NCBI GenBank assembly: GCA_963745015.1
Contig: CAVUVU010000018.1
Coordinates: 13,524 to 77,523, forward strand
Source: an uncultured Candidatus Rokubacteria bacterium
GTDB lineage: Bacteria > Methylomirabilota > Methylomirabilia > Rokubacteriales > DASRDR01
Direction: 5' to 3'
Length of the DNA stretch: 64,000 bases
The first letter of the stretch is position 1. Every line of letters starts with the position of its first letter. The position numbers were made by a program, and so were the translations under genes. This document shows, piece by piece, positions 49,612 through 61,021 of the stretch. Below the pieces are notes generated by a model, which saw nothing but the letters and a program-made list of their open reading frames with translations, was not told the DNA's origin and made no database searches.

Positions 49612-50688
49612 TCATGAAGCGACCGGACGGGTCCAGGGCCGCTCTGACTGCGTCGCCCATCCGAGCACGCGTGCCATCGCCTGGACGATCCCCCCCGGGC
49701 AGGCGAAGACCACCACGATCATCAGGACGCCAAGGACGAGGCCGTGGGACAGCGCGAATCGGTTCGCGACGTGCTGGAGGCCGACGAAGACGGCGCCCCC
49801 GACGACCGGCCCGAGGAACCATCGCGTCCCCCCGATGAGGGTGGCGACGACGAGCTTGGTCGAGAAGAGCCAGTGGAGCTGCTCGGGTGTGACCTGGCGG
49901 TCGAGCTGGCCGTAGAGCGCGCCGGCCAGGCCGGTGATCGCTCCGGAGAGGACGAAGGCGCGCCAGCGATAGCGGCGGACAGGGATCCCGACGAACGCGG
50001 CGCGGACGTCGTTGTCCCGGATCGCCCGCAACGCCATCCCGAAGGGCGAGCGGCTGACGCGCCAGAGGGCGCCGAGCGTTAGGAAGAAGGCGAGCAGGAT
50101 GACGTAGTAGAAGGTCGGGATGAACCGCTCGGCCGCGGGGTCGCTGCCGAGGATGGTGAACCGGCGGATGTAGAGGCCGCCGTAGCCCACGAAGAAGAGA
50201 CCCCGGCCATACTTCCCGAGCGGCCGGTAGATGGCGCCGCTGACGAAGACCGCGTGGACCAGCTGGGCGAACGCGAGCGTCAGGATCGTGAAATGGATGC
50301 GGGTCGCGCGGACGCACCAGGCGCCGGCCACCGCAGCGGCCGCGGTCGCCGTAAGGACGCCGAGGACGAGGTACGCCTCCAGGGATTCGAGGTCGGCGAC
50401 GTTGAAGAGGAAGGCTCCGGCGTACGCACCGAGGCCGAAGTACGCGGCGTGGCCGAGGGAGAGGAGCCCCGTCGTGCCGAGCACGAGGTTGAGTCCGAGG
50501 CACGCGATGCCGAGGACCAAGGCGTAACACAGCTCGATGAGAGGGTACGGCGGGAGCACGGTCGGCATGGCGAGCAACGCGAGGGCGACCAGGCCCGTGG
50601 CGAGGGCGCGTCGAGACGGGCCACGGGACGCCCGAGGCCCGGCCCCGGGCCGGGCCTCGGGAGCCGGAGCGGTCCCCTGGCCGGCCAT
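49612..50688 (-). CDS. branched-chain amino acid ABC transporter permease (LivM-like)
   Basis: …LNLVLGTTGLLSLGHAAYFGLGAYAGAFL…FGMALRAIRDNDVRAAFVGIPVRRYRWRAFVLSGAITGLAGALY… Start taken at ATG 50688. Confidence 0.8.
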   Translation of the reverse strand: MAGQGTAPAPEARPGAGPRASRGPSRRALATGLVALALLAMPTVLPPYPLIELCYALVLGIACLGLNLVLGTTGLLSLGHAAYFGLGAYAGAFLFNVADLESLEAYLVLGVLTATAAAAVAGAWCVRATRIHFTILTLAFAQLVHAVFVSGAIYRPLGKYGRGLFFVGYGGLYIRRFTILGSDPAAERFIPTFYYVILLAFFLTLGALWRVSRSPFGMALRAIRDNDVRAAFVGIPVRRYRWRAFVLSGAITGLAGALYGQLDRQVTPEQLHWLFSTKLVVATLIGGTRWFLGPVVGGAVFVGLQHVANRFALSHGLVLGVLMIVVVFACPGGIVQAMARVLGWATQSERPWTRPVAS

Positions 50689-50690
50689 CC

Positions 50691-51731
50691 CTATCCGCCG
50701 GCCCCCGTCGCGAGGACGATCTTGCCTACTACGCCTCCCTTCCCGAGCAACTCGTGCGCGCGTCTTGCCTCGACAAGAAGAAATCGCTGCGCGATCAGCG
50801 GCTTGATCTTCTGCTGCTTTAGGAGGTCGAGCAGGACGATCAAATCCTGTCGAAACCATGCCGGTCTCAGCCGTTTGAGCCACTGGATGCTGTAGGGGAC
50901 CACCCGTTTCCGGCCCGGGAGAAGCCAGCCGCCAGCAATGTACAACCCGAAGATGGCAAGTCCACGATGGCGATGACGACGACCTGGAGCCAATCGTCCC
51001 CCGCGTAGCGAGGACGTCAGGCCATAGGCCACGACCCTCCCGCCAGGACGGAGAGCCTTGCGGGAACGCCAGATATGGGTGCCACCGATGCCGTCAAAGA
51101 CGACGTCCACGCCCTCGCCCGTCAGGCGGCGAACTTCTTCCACGAAGTCGAGATGCTGGTAGTCAATCGGGATCGCGCCCAGGTTGGAGACGGCCGACGC
51201 CCCTCGCGACGAGCACGTACCGTAGATCTCCAGCCCGGCGAGGCGCCCGAGCTGCAAGAGCGCCGAGCCGACCCCGCCGGCCGCGCCGTGAATCAGCGCG
51301 CGCTGGCCCAGCCTGACCTTGGCGGAGCGATGCAGCATCTGATACGCCGTGACGTAGTTCAGCACGAGGCTGACCGCCTCGGCGGCGTCCAGCCCAGGTG
51401 GCACCGGAACCAGTTCACGTTGCGGCAGGCAGACGAACTCCGCGTACGCGCCGCTGATCGGCAGGGCGGCAACCATCTGGCCCGGTTCGATTCCAGAGGT
51501 GCCGGCGCCGAGCCGATCCGCCACGCCGACCAGATCCCACCCCGGCGTGAACGGCACCGGGCGCGTCTCGGGATGAACACCCTCCCGCATCAGCAGGTCG
51601 GGGAGGGAAACGCCTGCGGCCAGCACTCGCACGCGTGCTTCACCGTTCTTCGGCTCGGGGCACTCTTCTTCAACCACCCGAAGTGCGTCCGGCCCGCCGT
51701 AGTGAGTGACGATGACACGCGTGTGTCTCAT
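50691..51731 (-). CDS. medium-chain (zinc-type/quinone) oxidoreductase, MDR superfamily
   Basis: EARVRVLAAGVSLPDLLMREG, ALIHGAAGGVGSALLQLGRLAGLEIYGT (Rossmann), …LLGKGGVVGKIVL. Start at ATG 51731. Confidence 0.8.
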   Translation of the reverse strand: MRHTRVIVTHYGGPDALRVVEEECPEPKNGEARVRVLAAGVSLPDLLMREGVHPETRPVPFTPGWDLVGVADRLGAGTSGIEPGQMVAALPISGAYAEFVCLPQRELVPVPPGLDAAEAVSLVLNYVTAYQMLHRSAKVRLGQRALIHGAAGGVGSALLQLGRLAGLEIYGTCSSRGASAVSNLGAIPIDYQHLDFVEEVRRLTGEGVDVVFDGIGGTHIWRSRKALRPGGRVVAYGLTSSLRGGRLAPGRRHRHRGLAIFGLYIAGGWLLPGRKRVVPYSIQWLKRLRPAWFRQDLIVLLDLLKQQKIKPLIAQRFLLVEARRAHELLGKGGVVGKIVLATGAGG

Positions 51732-51854
51732 GGACCTCTGCTTCCCCTGACGGACACGCGCTCGGGGCGCGCCTGATAGGCGGCGCGCAGAATCTCGGCG
51801 CGCCGTTGCCACTTGCCCGCGATCAGGCGCCCGCTGACCCCGCCCGCGCGCCTC

Positions 51855-52321
51855 CTACAGCTTGAACAGCACGACGGCGTTGTCGTGCAGGAGCTTCCGC
51901 TTGGCCTCGGGCTTGAGGCCGAGCTGCCCCACCTGGTCGAGGCTCTCCCTCCAGGGAAGGCCGTTCGTTCCCCAGAGGCAGCGGTCCTGGCCCATCCGGC
52001 TCCCGATGAACTGGATGACCTCGGGCTTCAGGTACTTCGGCGTCCAGGCGTCGACCCGAGCCAGACGTTCTCCCACTTGTAGCAGACGGAGATCAGCTCC
52101 TCGACCCATGGCCAGCCCGACGAAGCGGTCGGGTAGGCCCGCGTGTACTGGGCCACTTCCTCCACCGTGGTGTCCATGTACATCCACTTGTTCCAGTGCG
52201 ACCACATCTTGGTCTGCGTGATGAACACCCGCTCGACGTTGGCCTCGTCCATCCTCCGGACCATGGCGCCGATCGAGTCGAACGAGGGCAGGCCCCCGAT
52301 CGCGCTCACGTCCCGCGCCAT
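51855..52321 (-). pseudogene. amidohydrolase-2 (TIM-barrel metal hydrolase) remnant with frame breaks and an apparent internal deletion
   Basis: N-terminal about 70 aa: …ERVFITQTKMWSHWNKWMYMDTTVEEVAQYTRAYP/DRFVGLA. It is joined directly to the C-terminal about 85 aa: PWVEELISVCYKWENVWLGST/AWTPKYL…DRCLWGTNGLPW…KLLHDNAVVLF. The central barrel strands are missing. Confidence 0.55.
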
Positions 52322-52500
52322 GGTCCTCTCCTTTGGGTGGCCCGGAGGGCGGCGCCCGCGATGAGGAGCGCGGCACCGACCGCGACCGGCGTCCAGTAGC
52401 GGGGCAGCTCGAAGGTGCGGACCGCGACGACGGCGAGGCCGACCAGGATCACCAGAAGCCCGGCCAGCATCAATCCGGCGGCGATGCCGTCAGTCCTCAT
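52306..52500 (-). CDS. small two-TM hypothetical protein (64 aa)
   Basis: GGAGACGG lies upstream of the ATG. G/C third positions. IAAGLMLAGLLVILVGLAVVAV, WTPVAVGAALLIAGAAL. Confidence 0.4.
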   Translation of the reverse strand: MRTDGIAAGLMLAGLLVILVGLAVVAVRTFELPRYWTPVAVGAALLIAGAALRATQRRGPWRGT

Positions 52501-52519
52501 CGGTCCGTCTCCGGCATCC

Positions 52520-52672
52520 TCAGCACATCGTCAAGCCACCGCTCACCGACAGCGTCTGGCCGGTCATGAAGTCCGCCTCCGGGGAAGCGAAGAAGGCGAC
52601 CGCGCCCGCGATCTCCTCGGGCGTCGCGACCCGGCCGAGCGGGGTCGCGCGGGTCACGGCCTCCAGGATCCT
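52520..52672 (-). pseudogene. short-chain dehydrogenase/reductase remnant (C-terminal about 50 aa only)
   Basis: Own translation: ILEAVTRATPLGRVATPEEIAGAVAFFASPEADFMTGQTLSVSGGLTMC-stop. An in-frame TAG lies immediately upstream at 52673-52675. Confidence 0.6.
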
Positions 52673-52706
52673 CTAGGCCGGTCCGGGGCAACGCTCGGCG
52701 GCTCGC

Positions 52707-53030
52707 CTACCGGACCGCAGTCGGCCGAAGAGGCTTGCCCTCCACCGCGAACTTCGGCAGATCACAGCAGCGCTGGGCGCAGCCGGCTCCCCGAGACCAC
52801 AGGGTGCAGCCCTGCACGCGCAGCAGCGGCCGCCGCCGGAACGCCGCGGTCCACGCCGCGTAGAAGGCGTCGAGACGGACGACGGCCTGCATGTAGGTCT
52901 GGGGGCAGGTGAGCAGCCACAGGCCCCGCAGGCCTCGCAGGCGCAGGTAGGCGCCGCCGGCGACAAGAAGCAGCACGAACAGGACCGCTCCCAGCGCGAG
53001 CCCGAGCAGCAGAGTCCAAGGGTGGGTCAT
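52707..53030 (-). CDS. membrane-anchored Cys-rich hypothetical protein
   Basis: GGAGGA RBS before ATG 53030. MTHPWTLLLGLALGAVLFVLLLVAGG… then LLTCPQT…VQGCTLW…GCAQRCC. Confidence 0.5.
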   Translation of the reverse strand: MTHPWTLLLGLALGAVLFVLLLVAGGAYLRLRGLRGLWLLTCPQTYMQAVVRLDAFYAAWTAAFRRRPLLRVQGCTLWSRGAGCAQRCCDLPKFAVEGKPLRPTAVR

Positions 53031-53761
53031 CCTGTAGTCCTCCATCGCGTCAGTCGCGTTCCGGAGCCGGCATCGAGCCGGACCATGGCGCCGGCCCGTC
53101 CCTCTTGCATTCGAACCCGGCCAGTCGCCGAAGTCCATGAGCCGGCCGCCTCAATTCTCTGATGCACCCGGCCCAGCGCCGGCTCGCGGACCGGCACCGC
53201 CTGGCGGCTCTGGTGCAGTCGCTCCACCACGAAATGAGGCGCCTGCCGGATTCCACGGCCGCGGTGAACGGCGTCCTCGGCCACCGTGACACTGGCCTAT
53301 CCGCGCGCCGCGATTCGCCATCCCCTGGACGCCTGGGGCTTCGTCGTCGCGCCGGCGGGACGGTGCGCGGCGCGCGCCTGCACGTTCTCGAGCGTGAAGT
53401 ATGCCGGACGGGCCCCCGGCGGGCTTCGCGCTCCTCCGTGTCTACCTGGCCAGCGATGACAAGGGGGCGCTCCTCGAGCAGGACGACACCACGCTCGCCT
53501 GCGTCGCTCACGAGGACGTGGCCGCACTCCTCGGTATCACCGCCGCTCCCGTCCTGGCCCGGGTCGCCCGGCACCGCCAGGTCCTCCCGCAGTACGAGGT
53601 CGGCCATGTGGACCGGGTCGCCGTCATCGAAACGAGAGTCGCGCGGCTTCCCGGCCTCGCACTGTGGGGGCGGCCTACCGCGGCGTGGGCATCACGGACA
53701 GCGTTCGCTCGGCAGATGAGGCGGCCGAGCGTGTGCTCGGCACCCGCGCGGCGCCCTGACC

Positions 53762-54901
53762 TCAGCCGCGGAGACCGAGACCGAGCAGGACGACCGCGAG
53801 CGCGACGACGACGTTGATGCGGGCGATCCAGGACGCCCGGATTCGGACGGACGGATCGGCCCCGGGACTGCCCGCGCGCGGCCCGAGCACCCAGTCATGG
53901 CACGCGCTCAAGATCAGGGCGAGGACGACAAGGCCGAGCTTCCAGTGGAACCGCGGGTCGTGGAGCAGGAATGGCTGGAGCCACAGGTTCAGAAGTCCGG
54001 TGACGGCCAGGAGCGCCAGCGCGATCCAGCCAATTGTCCGGAAGCGGTAGCCGCTCTCCTGCATGAGGCGAGTCCGAAGTCGGTCATCGCCGAGCGCGCG
54101 GGCCGTGGGGACGAGGACCAGCGCGATGAACAGCATGCCGCCCACCCAGGTGATCGCCGAGAGGACGTGGATCCAGCGAATGAGCAGAGTCACTACCCGG
54201 CCGTCTCCCTCGGCGAGGCCGCGCAGGGCGTCCCCGTCCCGCACAACCAGCCGGCCACCTCGGTCCTCCACGACCTCGTCCCGCAGCCAGCGGCTCACGA
54301 CGCGGATCGCGGTCTCGACGGTCGTCCCGCACATGTCCGCCAGGCTCTGCCGCGTCAGATGGAAGGGCAGCTCGACCCCGTCCTTGGTGCGGAGCCCCTC
54401 CCGGTCGGCCAGCCGCATGAGCGTCGCGGCCAGGCGCGTCTCGACGGGGTCGACCGATCGGGTGACCGAGTCGTGGGCCGCCCGGAGGCGGCGCCCGATC
54501 AAGAGCGCCATCTCGCGCACGACCGGCGGATGCCGCTCCGAGAGCTCCACGACGACGGCCGCCGGGATCTTCACCACGACGCTCGGCTCCGTGGCCTGGG
54601 CCGCGGCGGGGTATGGCCGCCGCTCGATCACCGCGACGCCGCCGAAGATCTCGCCGGGACCGAGGAGCTCCAGGACCACGTCCTTGCCCGCGCGGGAGTG
54701 CCGGACGATGCGAATGCGCCCGGTCTTGACGAGACACAGCCAGAGCGCCGGGTCGCCCTCGTGGAAGACGTACTCGCGGGCTCGACACGATTCCTCACGG
54801 GCCGTCGCCGCCAGCGACTCGATCTCTCGCGCCGGAAGGCCGGCGAAGACGGGGCTGGTCTGCAGGAACTCGATGACCTCCCTCGGGCCGGGGCGCGACA
54901 T
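53762..54901 (-). CDS. Crp/Fnr-family regulator (cNMP-binding + HTH) read in frame into a 4-TM CopD/HemJ-like membrane domain
   Basis: FLQTSPVFAGLPAREIESLA…GEIFGGVAVIE…HLTRQSLADMCGTTVETAIRVVSRWLRD…LVVRDGDALRGLAEG, then VTLLIRWIHVLSAITWVGGMLFIALVLVP… An internal in-frame GTG lies at 54193. Confidence 0.7.
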   Translation of the reverse strand: MSRPGPREVIEFLQTSPVFAGLPAREIESLAATAREESCRAREYVFHEGDPALWLCLVKTGRIRIVRHSRAGKDVVLELLGPGEIFGGVAVIERRPYPAAAQATEPSVVVKIPAAVVVELSERHPPVVREMALLIGRRLRAAHDSVTRSVDPVETRLAATLMRLADREGLRTKDGVELPFHLTRQSLADMCGTTVETAIRVVSRWLRDEVVEDRGGRLVVRDGDALRGLAEGDGRVVTLLIRWIHVLSAITWVGGMLFIALVLVPTARALGDDRLRTRLMQESGYRFRTIGWIALALLAVTGLLNLWLQPFLLHDPRFHWKLGLVVLALILSACHDWVLGPRAGSPGADPSVRIRASWIARINVVVALAVVLLGLGLRG

Positions 54902-55064
54902 CGGCGGCCAGGATAGCACGCGGTGATGCGGAGGGCCGCCGCCGGGCCGGCACCTCCCCTGCGCCTGGGTCCTCTTCGTCCGCGTCGTCAGTGCGGCCGT
55001 GCGTCGTCGGGCCGGGCGGCGCATGGGTCGCCCGGCCCGAGGATCGGCGGATTGCCTCGCGTGC

Positions 55065-56666
<1,602 letters not shown>

Positions 56667-56884
56667 GCTGTCCCCCGTTCCTGGATCACTCCCGCCGAGC
56701 GTCCATCCTGTGCCGCCACGCGACTCGAACAATGGTTTGACACTCGACGGATTGTGCCAGCCGGGAAGACCAAAAAGCCATACGACCAAGGTCCCATACC
56801 GAGTCGGGTTCCGGGCGACCGTAAACCCGCGGAAACACACGCCTCGATCAGTCGCTCGCCCTGGCGAGAGTGCGTGACCGGCCG

Positions 56885-57523
56885 CTAGCCTCGCTTCGGC
56901 CGGCGGACGGCCCTCACCTTCCCGCTCTCTCCGCCTCCGCAGAAGAACCGATCGCCGCCATCGGACTCGAGCCCCGACACAGCCACTCCGGCCGGCATCT
57001 CGAGCCTCTCGAGGACCTTGCCCGTCCGAGGATCGACCCGCCTCAGCTCGCTCTCGTCGTCTTCCCAGGTGCCGTGCCAGAGCTCTCCGTCGACCCAGGT
57101 GACCCCGGTGACGAAGCGGTTGGACTCGATGGTGCGGAGGATCGCCCCGGTGTCGGGATCGATCTGGTGGATCTTCCGGTCCCGATACTGCCCCACCCAG
57201 AGCGTCCCCTCGGCCCACGTGAGCCCCGAGTCGCCGCCGCCGCCGGGCGCCGGGATCGTGGCGAGCACACGGCCGGTCTTCGGATCGATCTTCTGGATGC
57301 GATCCTCGGCGAGCTGGAACAGGTGCCGGCCGTCGAAGGCCGTGCCGGCATCCGCGGCGACGTCGATCGAGCGCAGCGCCTTCCCGCTCGCCGGATCGAA
57401 GGCGTTCAGCTTGTCCCCAGCGGCGATCCAGACGTTCTGGCCGTCATACGTGACTCCATGCACCTGGTCGACACCCGGAAAGGGCCCGTACTCCCGGACG
57501 ATCTCGGCCGTTATCTTCTTCAT
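56885..57523 (-). CDS. beta-propeller repeat protein (glutamine-cyclotransferase/YncE-like)
   Basis: Repeated …DP.TG.VL..I… blades: FDPASGKALRSI, IDPKTGRVLATI, IDPDTGAILRTI, VDPRTGKVLERL. Confidence 0.55.
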   Translation of the reverse strand: MKKITAEIVREYGPFPGVDQVHGVTYDGQNVWIAAGDKLNAFDPASGKALRSIDVAADAGTAFDGRHLFQLAEDRIQKIDPKTGRVLATIPAPGGGGDSGLTWAEGTLWVGQYRDRKIHQIDPDTGAILRTIESNRFVTGVTWVDGELWHGTWEDDESELRRVDPRTGKVLERLEMPAGVAVSGLESDGGDRFFCGGGESGKVRAVRRPKRG

Positions 57524-57532
57524 GCCTCCATC

Positions 57533-58755
57533 CTAGCCACCCGGCAGAGGGCCGGGGAGTAACAAGATCGTCGTGAACCCGGGCACCGGCGTGGTCATCC
57601 AGCGGCGCGCGCGCCCCCGGCCGAACGACTGCACCCGGCCCGAGGCCGCCAGCCCGTCGAGAGCCCGCTGCACGGTGCGCTGGCTCGTCCCGAGCGCCAG
57701 CGCGAGGGCCGAGCTCGACCACGACTCGCCGTCGGCGAGGAAGGCGAGCACCGCCGCATGCTCCTCCTCGACGGGCCACGCCAGCACGACCACCTCGCGG
57801 GCGCGGCGCGGCGCCAGCGCAAACCCCCGCCTCGTCGCGCTCACGGCGGCCAGCGTCCGCAGCACCGCGCGCAACCGTCCCGACCTCGACTCGCAATCGC
57901 ACGCGATACGATTCATCGGCGACCTTCGATCCGAATGCGCGCGCGATGAGCGTGTCCCGCGCGCACGTCCCCCGGCCACGCTTCGCCCAGCGCGCGCGCG
58001 AGCGCGAACAGCACCGGACGCCTCGCGAGGGAGACCGCCGCGCCTCCTTCACGCACGACGTGACGGCACGCGTCCACGACGAAGGCTCTTGACGCCAGCA
58101 GCGCTTCGACCTCCTCGAGCAGCAGGGCTCGCTCCTCGCCCCTCGCAATCCGGCGCGCGGCGGGCGTGTTCAGGACGAGGACTGCGCTTTCGACCTCCGC
58201 CGTCAGCGCGGGGATGCGTGCCTGGCGCGCGGCGCCCTCGGCCCGAGCGAGCGCCGCGCGCGCCGCCTTCGTCCGGAGGCGCCGCATCGCGATCCCCGCA
58301 ACGACCAGCTCGTGAGTGGTCTTCAATGCCGGAGGCAAGGGCGCGGGGTCGAGCTCGGCAAGCGTACGCTCCGCCTCGTCGATGCGCCCGATCAGGAGGA
58401 GGCGCCGGACCTCGAGATACCGCGCGTACGCGGCGTTGACCCGGTCGCCGTGCTCCTCGAGCGTCGCCCGCGCCGCGGCGAGCGCCTTTGCCGCCCAGCC
58501 CAGGTCGCGCGAGACGAGCGCGACCTCGGCCTCGGCGACGACGCACCTCGCGCGGGCCACGGCCTCTTTCGGACCGAAGGCACGCGCGGCCCGTCGCAGG
58601 AGGGCCCTCGCCCGAGCGAGATCGCCGAGCTGCGCCATCGCGATGCCCCGAAGCGCGAGAGCCGGCGCGTCGTCGCGCAGGGCGACCCGCTTCAAGGCGC
58701 CGAGGGGGTCGCCCGCCGCCAGGGCACGCGCCGCGGCCGTGATCAGCGAGTCCAT
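57533..58755 (-). CDS. regulatory protein: helical/TPR-like N-terminal region plus an OmpR-type winged-helix segment and a second wHTH; two frame breaks
   Basis: …VSLARRPVLFALARALGEAWPGDV / RDTLIARAFGSKVADESYRVRLRVEVG / RLRAVLRTLA…SSSALALALGTSQRTVQRALDGLAASGRV. The switches are near 57958-57968 and 57876-57884. Confidence 0.45.
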
Positions 58756-58973
58756 CGGAATCCCGTCACACTTGTCACTCCCACCGCCCGGATACCCGGC
58801 GGTAAATCTATCCCATGATCAACGACCGCCCAAGCGCGCTGGCGGGGCCGGAAGGAGGCCGGGAGGTTGAGCGAACACGTTACCGACGGGAGCGAACGAT
58901 GAAGGACACGCGCAGGACGAAGACGGACACCCGAAGGAACATGAAAGACACCCCACAGAAGGAGAGAAGAGCG

Positions 58974-59735
58974 ATGACGAAGCACGCGACCGGGACACGC
59001 AAGGAATGGCTCGCAGCGCGGCTCGAGCTGCTCGAGGCCGAGAAGGAGCTCACACGGCGCAGCGACGAGCTGGCGCAGCGGCGGCAGGAGCTGCCGTGGG
59101 TGCGGGTCGACAAGGACTATCGCTTCGAGACCGACGAGGGGAGCGTCTCGCTGCCAGACCTCTTCCGGGGGCGCTCCCAGCTCCTCGTCTATCACTTCAT
59201 GTTCGGGCCCGACTACACGGCAGGGTGCCCGTCCTGCTCGGCGATCGCGGACGGGTTCAACGGCTTCGTCGTCCACCTGGCCAACCACGACGTCACGCTG
59301 TCGGCGGTGTCGCGGGCGCCGCTCGCGAAGCTGCAGGCGTACAAGCGGCGGATGGGGTGGACGTTCCCCTGGGCGTCCTCGGTCAGCAGTGACTTCAACG
59401 CCGACTTCAACGTCCGGTTCACGGAGGAGCAACAGCGCGAGGGGCGCGTCGAATACAACTATCGGCGCGAGGGACGCTGGCAGCTGCGCGGCGCCGAGGG
59501 TCCGGTCGCCGAGATCGCGGCCATGACCGGAACCGACGCGGCCACCTACACGCGCGAGAGACCCGGCGTGAGCGCGTTCGTGCTCGAGGACGGCGTCGTC
59601 TACCACACCTATTCCACCTACGCGCGCGGACTGGACGGCCTCTGGGGCATGTACCAGTGGCTCGACCGCGCGCCCAGGGGGCGCAACGAGACGGGCGTCT
59701 GGTGGCGCCGCCACGACGAGTACGGGAAGGGCTGA
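58974..59735 (+). CDS. DUF899-family thioredoxin-like protein
   Basis: TRKEWLAARLELLEAEKELTRRSDELAQRRQELPWV…LLVYHFMFGPDYTAGCPSCSAIADGF…SRAPLAKLQAYKRRMGWTFPWASS…YHTYSTYARGLD. Confidence 0.8.
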   Translation: MTKHATGTRKEWLAARLELLEAEKELTRRSDELAQRRQELPWVRVDKDYRFETDEGSVSLPDLFRGRSQLLVYHFMFGPDYTAGCPSCSAIADGFNGFVVHLANHDVTLSAVSRAPLAKLQAYKRRMGWTFPWASSVSSDFNADFNVRFTEEQQREGRVEYNYRREGRWQLRGAEGPVAEIAAMTGTDAATYTRERPGVSAFVLEDGVVYHTYSTYARGLDGLWGMYQWLDRAPRGRNETGVWWRRHDEYGKG

Positions 59736-59738
59736 GCG

Positions 59739-60574
59739 ATGTCGTCAATGTCATGGCGCAGCTGCGGGGCCGGGGATCTCGCGATGGCTTCCGAGCGAGC
59801 TCCCCGGCACGCATTCCTTGGCGTCTCGGCGGCGCTCTTCGCCGCCAGCTCGGCGGGCACGATCGCCTGGTGCGCGTCCATGTCGGCGATGGGCGGGATG
59901 CCGATGCCGGGCGGCTGGACGATGTCGATGGCGTGGATGCGGATGCCCGGACAGACGTGGCCCGGCGCCGCCGCGTCGTTCCTCGGCATGTGGGTCGTGA
60001 TGACGGTGGCGATGATGCTGCCGTCCCTGGTCCCCATGCTGGGGCGCTACCGCCAGGCCGCTGGCCGGACGGGCGAGACGCGCCTCGGTCGGCTGACCGC
60101 GCTCGTGGGCCTGGGGTACTTCGTCGTCTGGGCCGTGCTCGGACTGGCCGTCTTTCCGCTGGGCGTCGCGCTGGCGGCGCTCGAGATGCAGCAGCCGGCG
60201 CTGGCCAGCGCCGTACCGCTCGCGGTCGGGGTGGTCGTGCTGATCGCCGGCGCCCTCCAGCTCACCGCGTGGAAGGCGCGGCGCCTTGCCTGCTGCCGGG
60301 AGGCCCCCGGCGCAGCCGTCCGCTACCGGCCGACGCCGGCACGGCCTGGCGGCATGGCCTGCGCCTCGGCCTCCACTGTAGCTACTGCTGTGCCAACCTG
60401 ATGGCGATCCTCCTGGTCACCGGGGTCATGGATCTTCGCGCGATGGCCGTCGTGACGGCGGCCATCACCGTCGAACGCCTCGCACCGGCCGGTGAGCGCG
60501 TCGCGCGAGCCGTCGGGGTCCTCGTCGTCGGGGCCGGGTACTTTCTGATCGCGCGGGCAGTCGGGCTCGGATGA
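59739..60574 (+). CDS. DUF2182-family metal-binding-type membrane protein; one frame break
   Basis: …MGGMPMPGGWTMSMAWMRMPGQTW…FLGMWVVMTVAMMLPS… then AWRHGLRLGLHCSYCCANLMAILLVTGVMDLRAMA… in the 59657 frame. The switch is near 60305-60312 (C-run). Confidence 0.6.
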
Positions 60575-60961
60575 CGCATCCGCATCGCGCACCCGAGCTT
60601 CACCCACCGTGCACGCCCGGGACCTCGGCGAGGCCCGCTCGCGCGGGTCGCGCCCGATCGGGAACGGGCGGGGCTGGTCGGGCGCCGCCCCGACGAGATG
60701 CCCGCAAGGCGCGAGCCGGCGCCGACACCGCCGAGGAAGCGGTAGCCAGGCTGCTCACGCCTTGGTTCCGCCGCTCCTCGCGTCGATCGCCTGGGAACGT
60801 GAAGGGTCGGAGTTCCCGGCCAGATGGGCAGCTCCTCTTGACGATTTCCAGGCTTCGCGTGCGTCACTGCGCCAACTCGAGGTTCGGCAGCTACGCGTCC
60901 GGATCAACTGTCGCGTCACGGCCCTCCCCGGCTTGACGGCGACTTTGACCCTACCATTGCC

Positions 60962-60987
60962 CCGGGCGGCGGGAAAGCGCCGCCCGG
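60962..60987. terminator. hairpin 35 nt downstream of the sulfatase-2 stop
   Basis: CCGGGCGGCG-GGAAAG-CGCCGCCCGG: a 10-bp perfect stem. Confidence 0.45.
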
Positions 60988-61021
60988 CGGTCAGCGGTTC
61001 GGTGGCCGGGCTCGCGTATCC

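Noticed and set aside
53162-53817. Overlapping plus-strand ORFs (53162-53719 and 53401-53817) with partial G/C third-position bias
   Set aside because: Codon bias suggests coding in two successive frames, possibly one more frame-broken gene. I recognise no family, start context or domain, so I did not call a feature.
60575-60961. About 390 bp without a called gene; ORFs 60609-61247 (+) and 60382-60867 (-)
   Set aside because: Both products are Arg/Pro/Ala-rich with no motif and poor codon bias. The region is more likely intergenic or a decayed remnant. It contains a TTGACG and a terminator-like hairpin at its right end.
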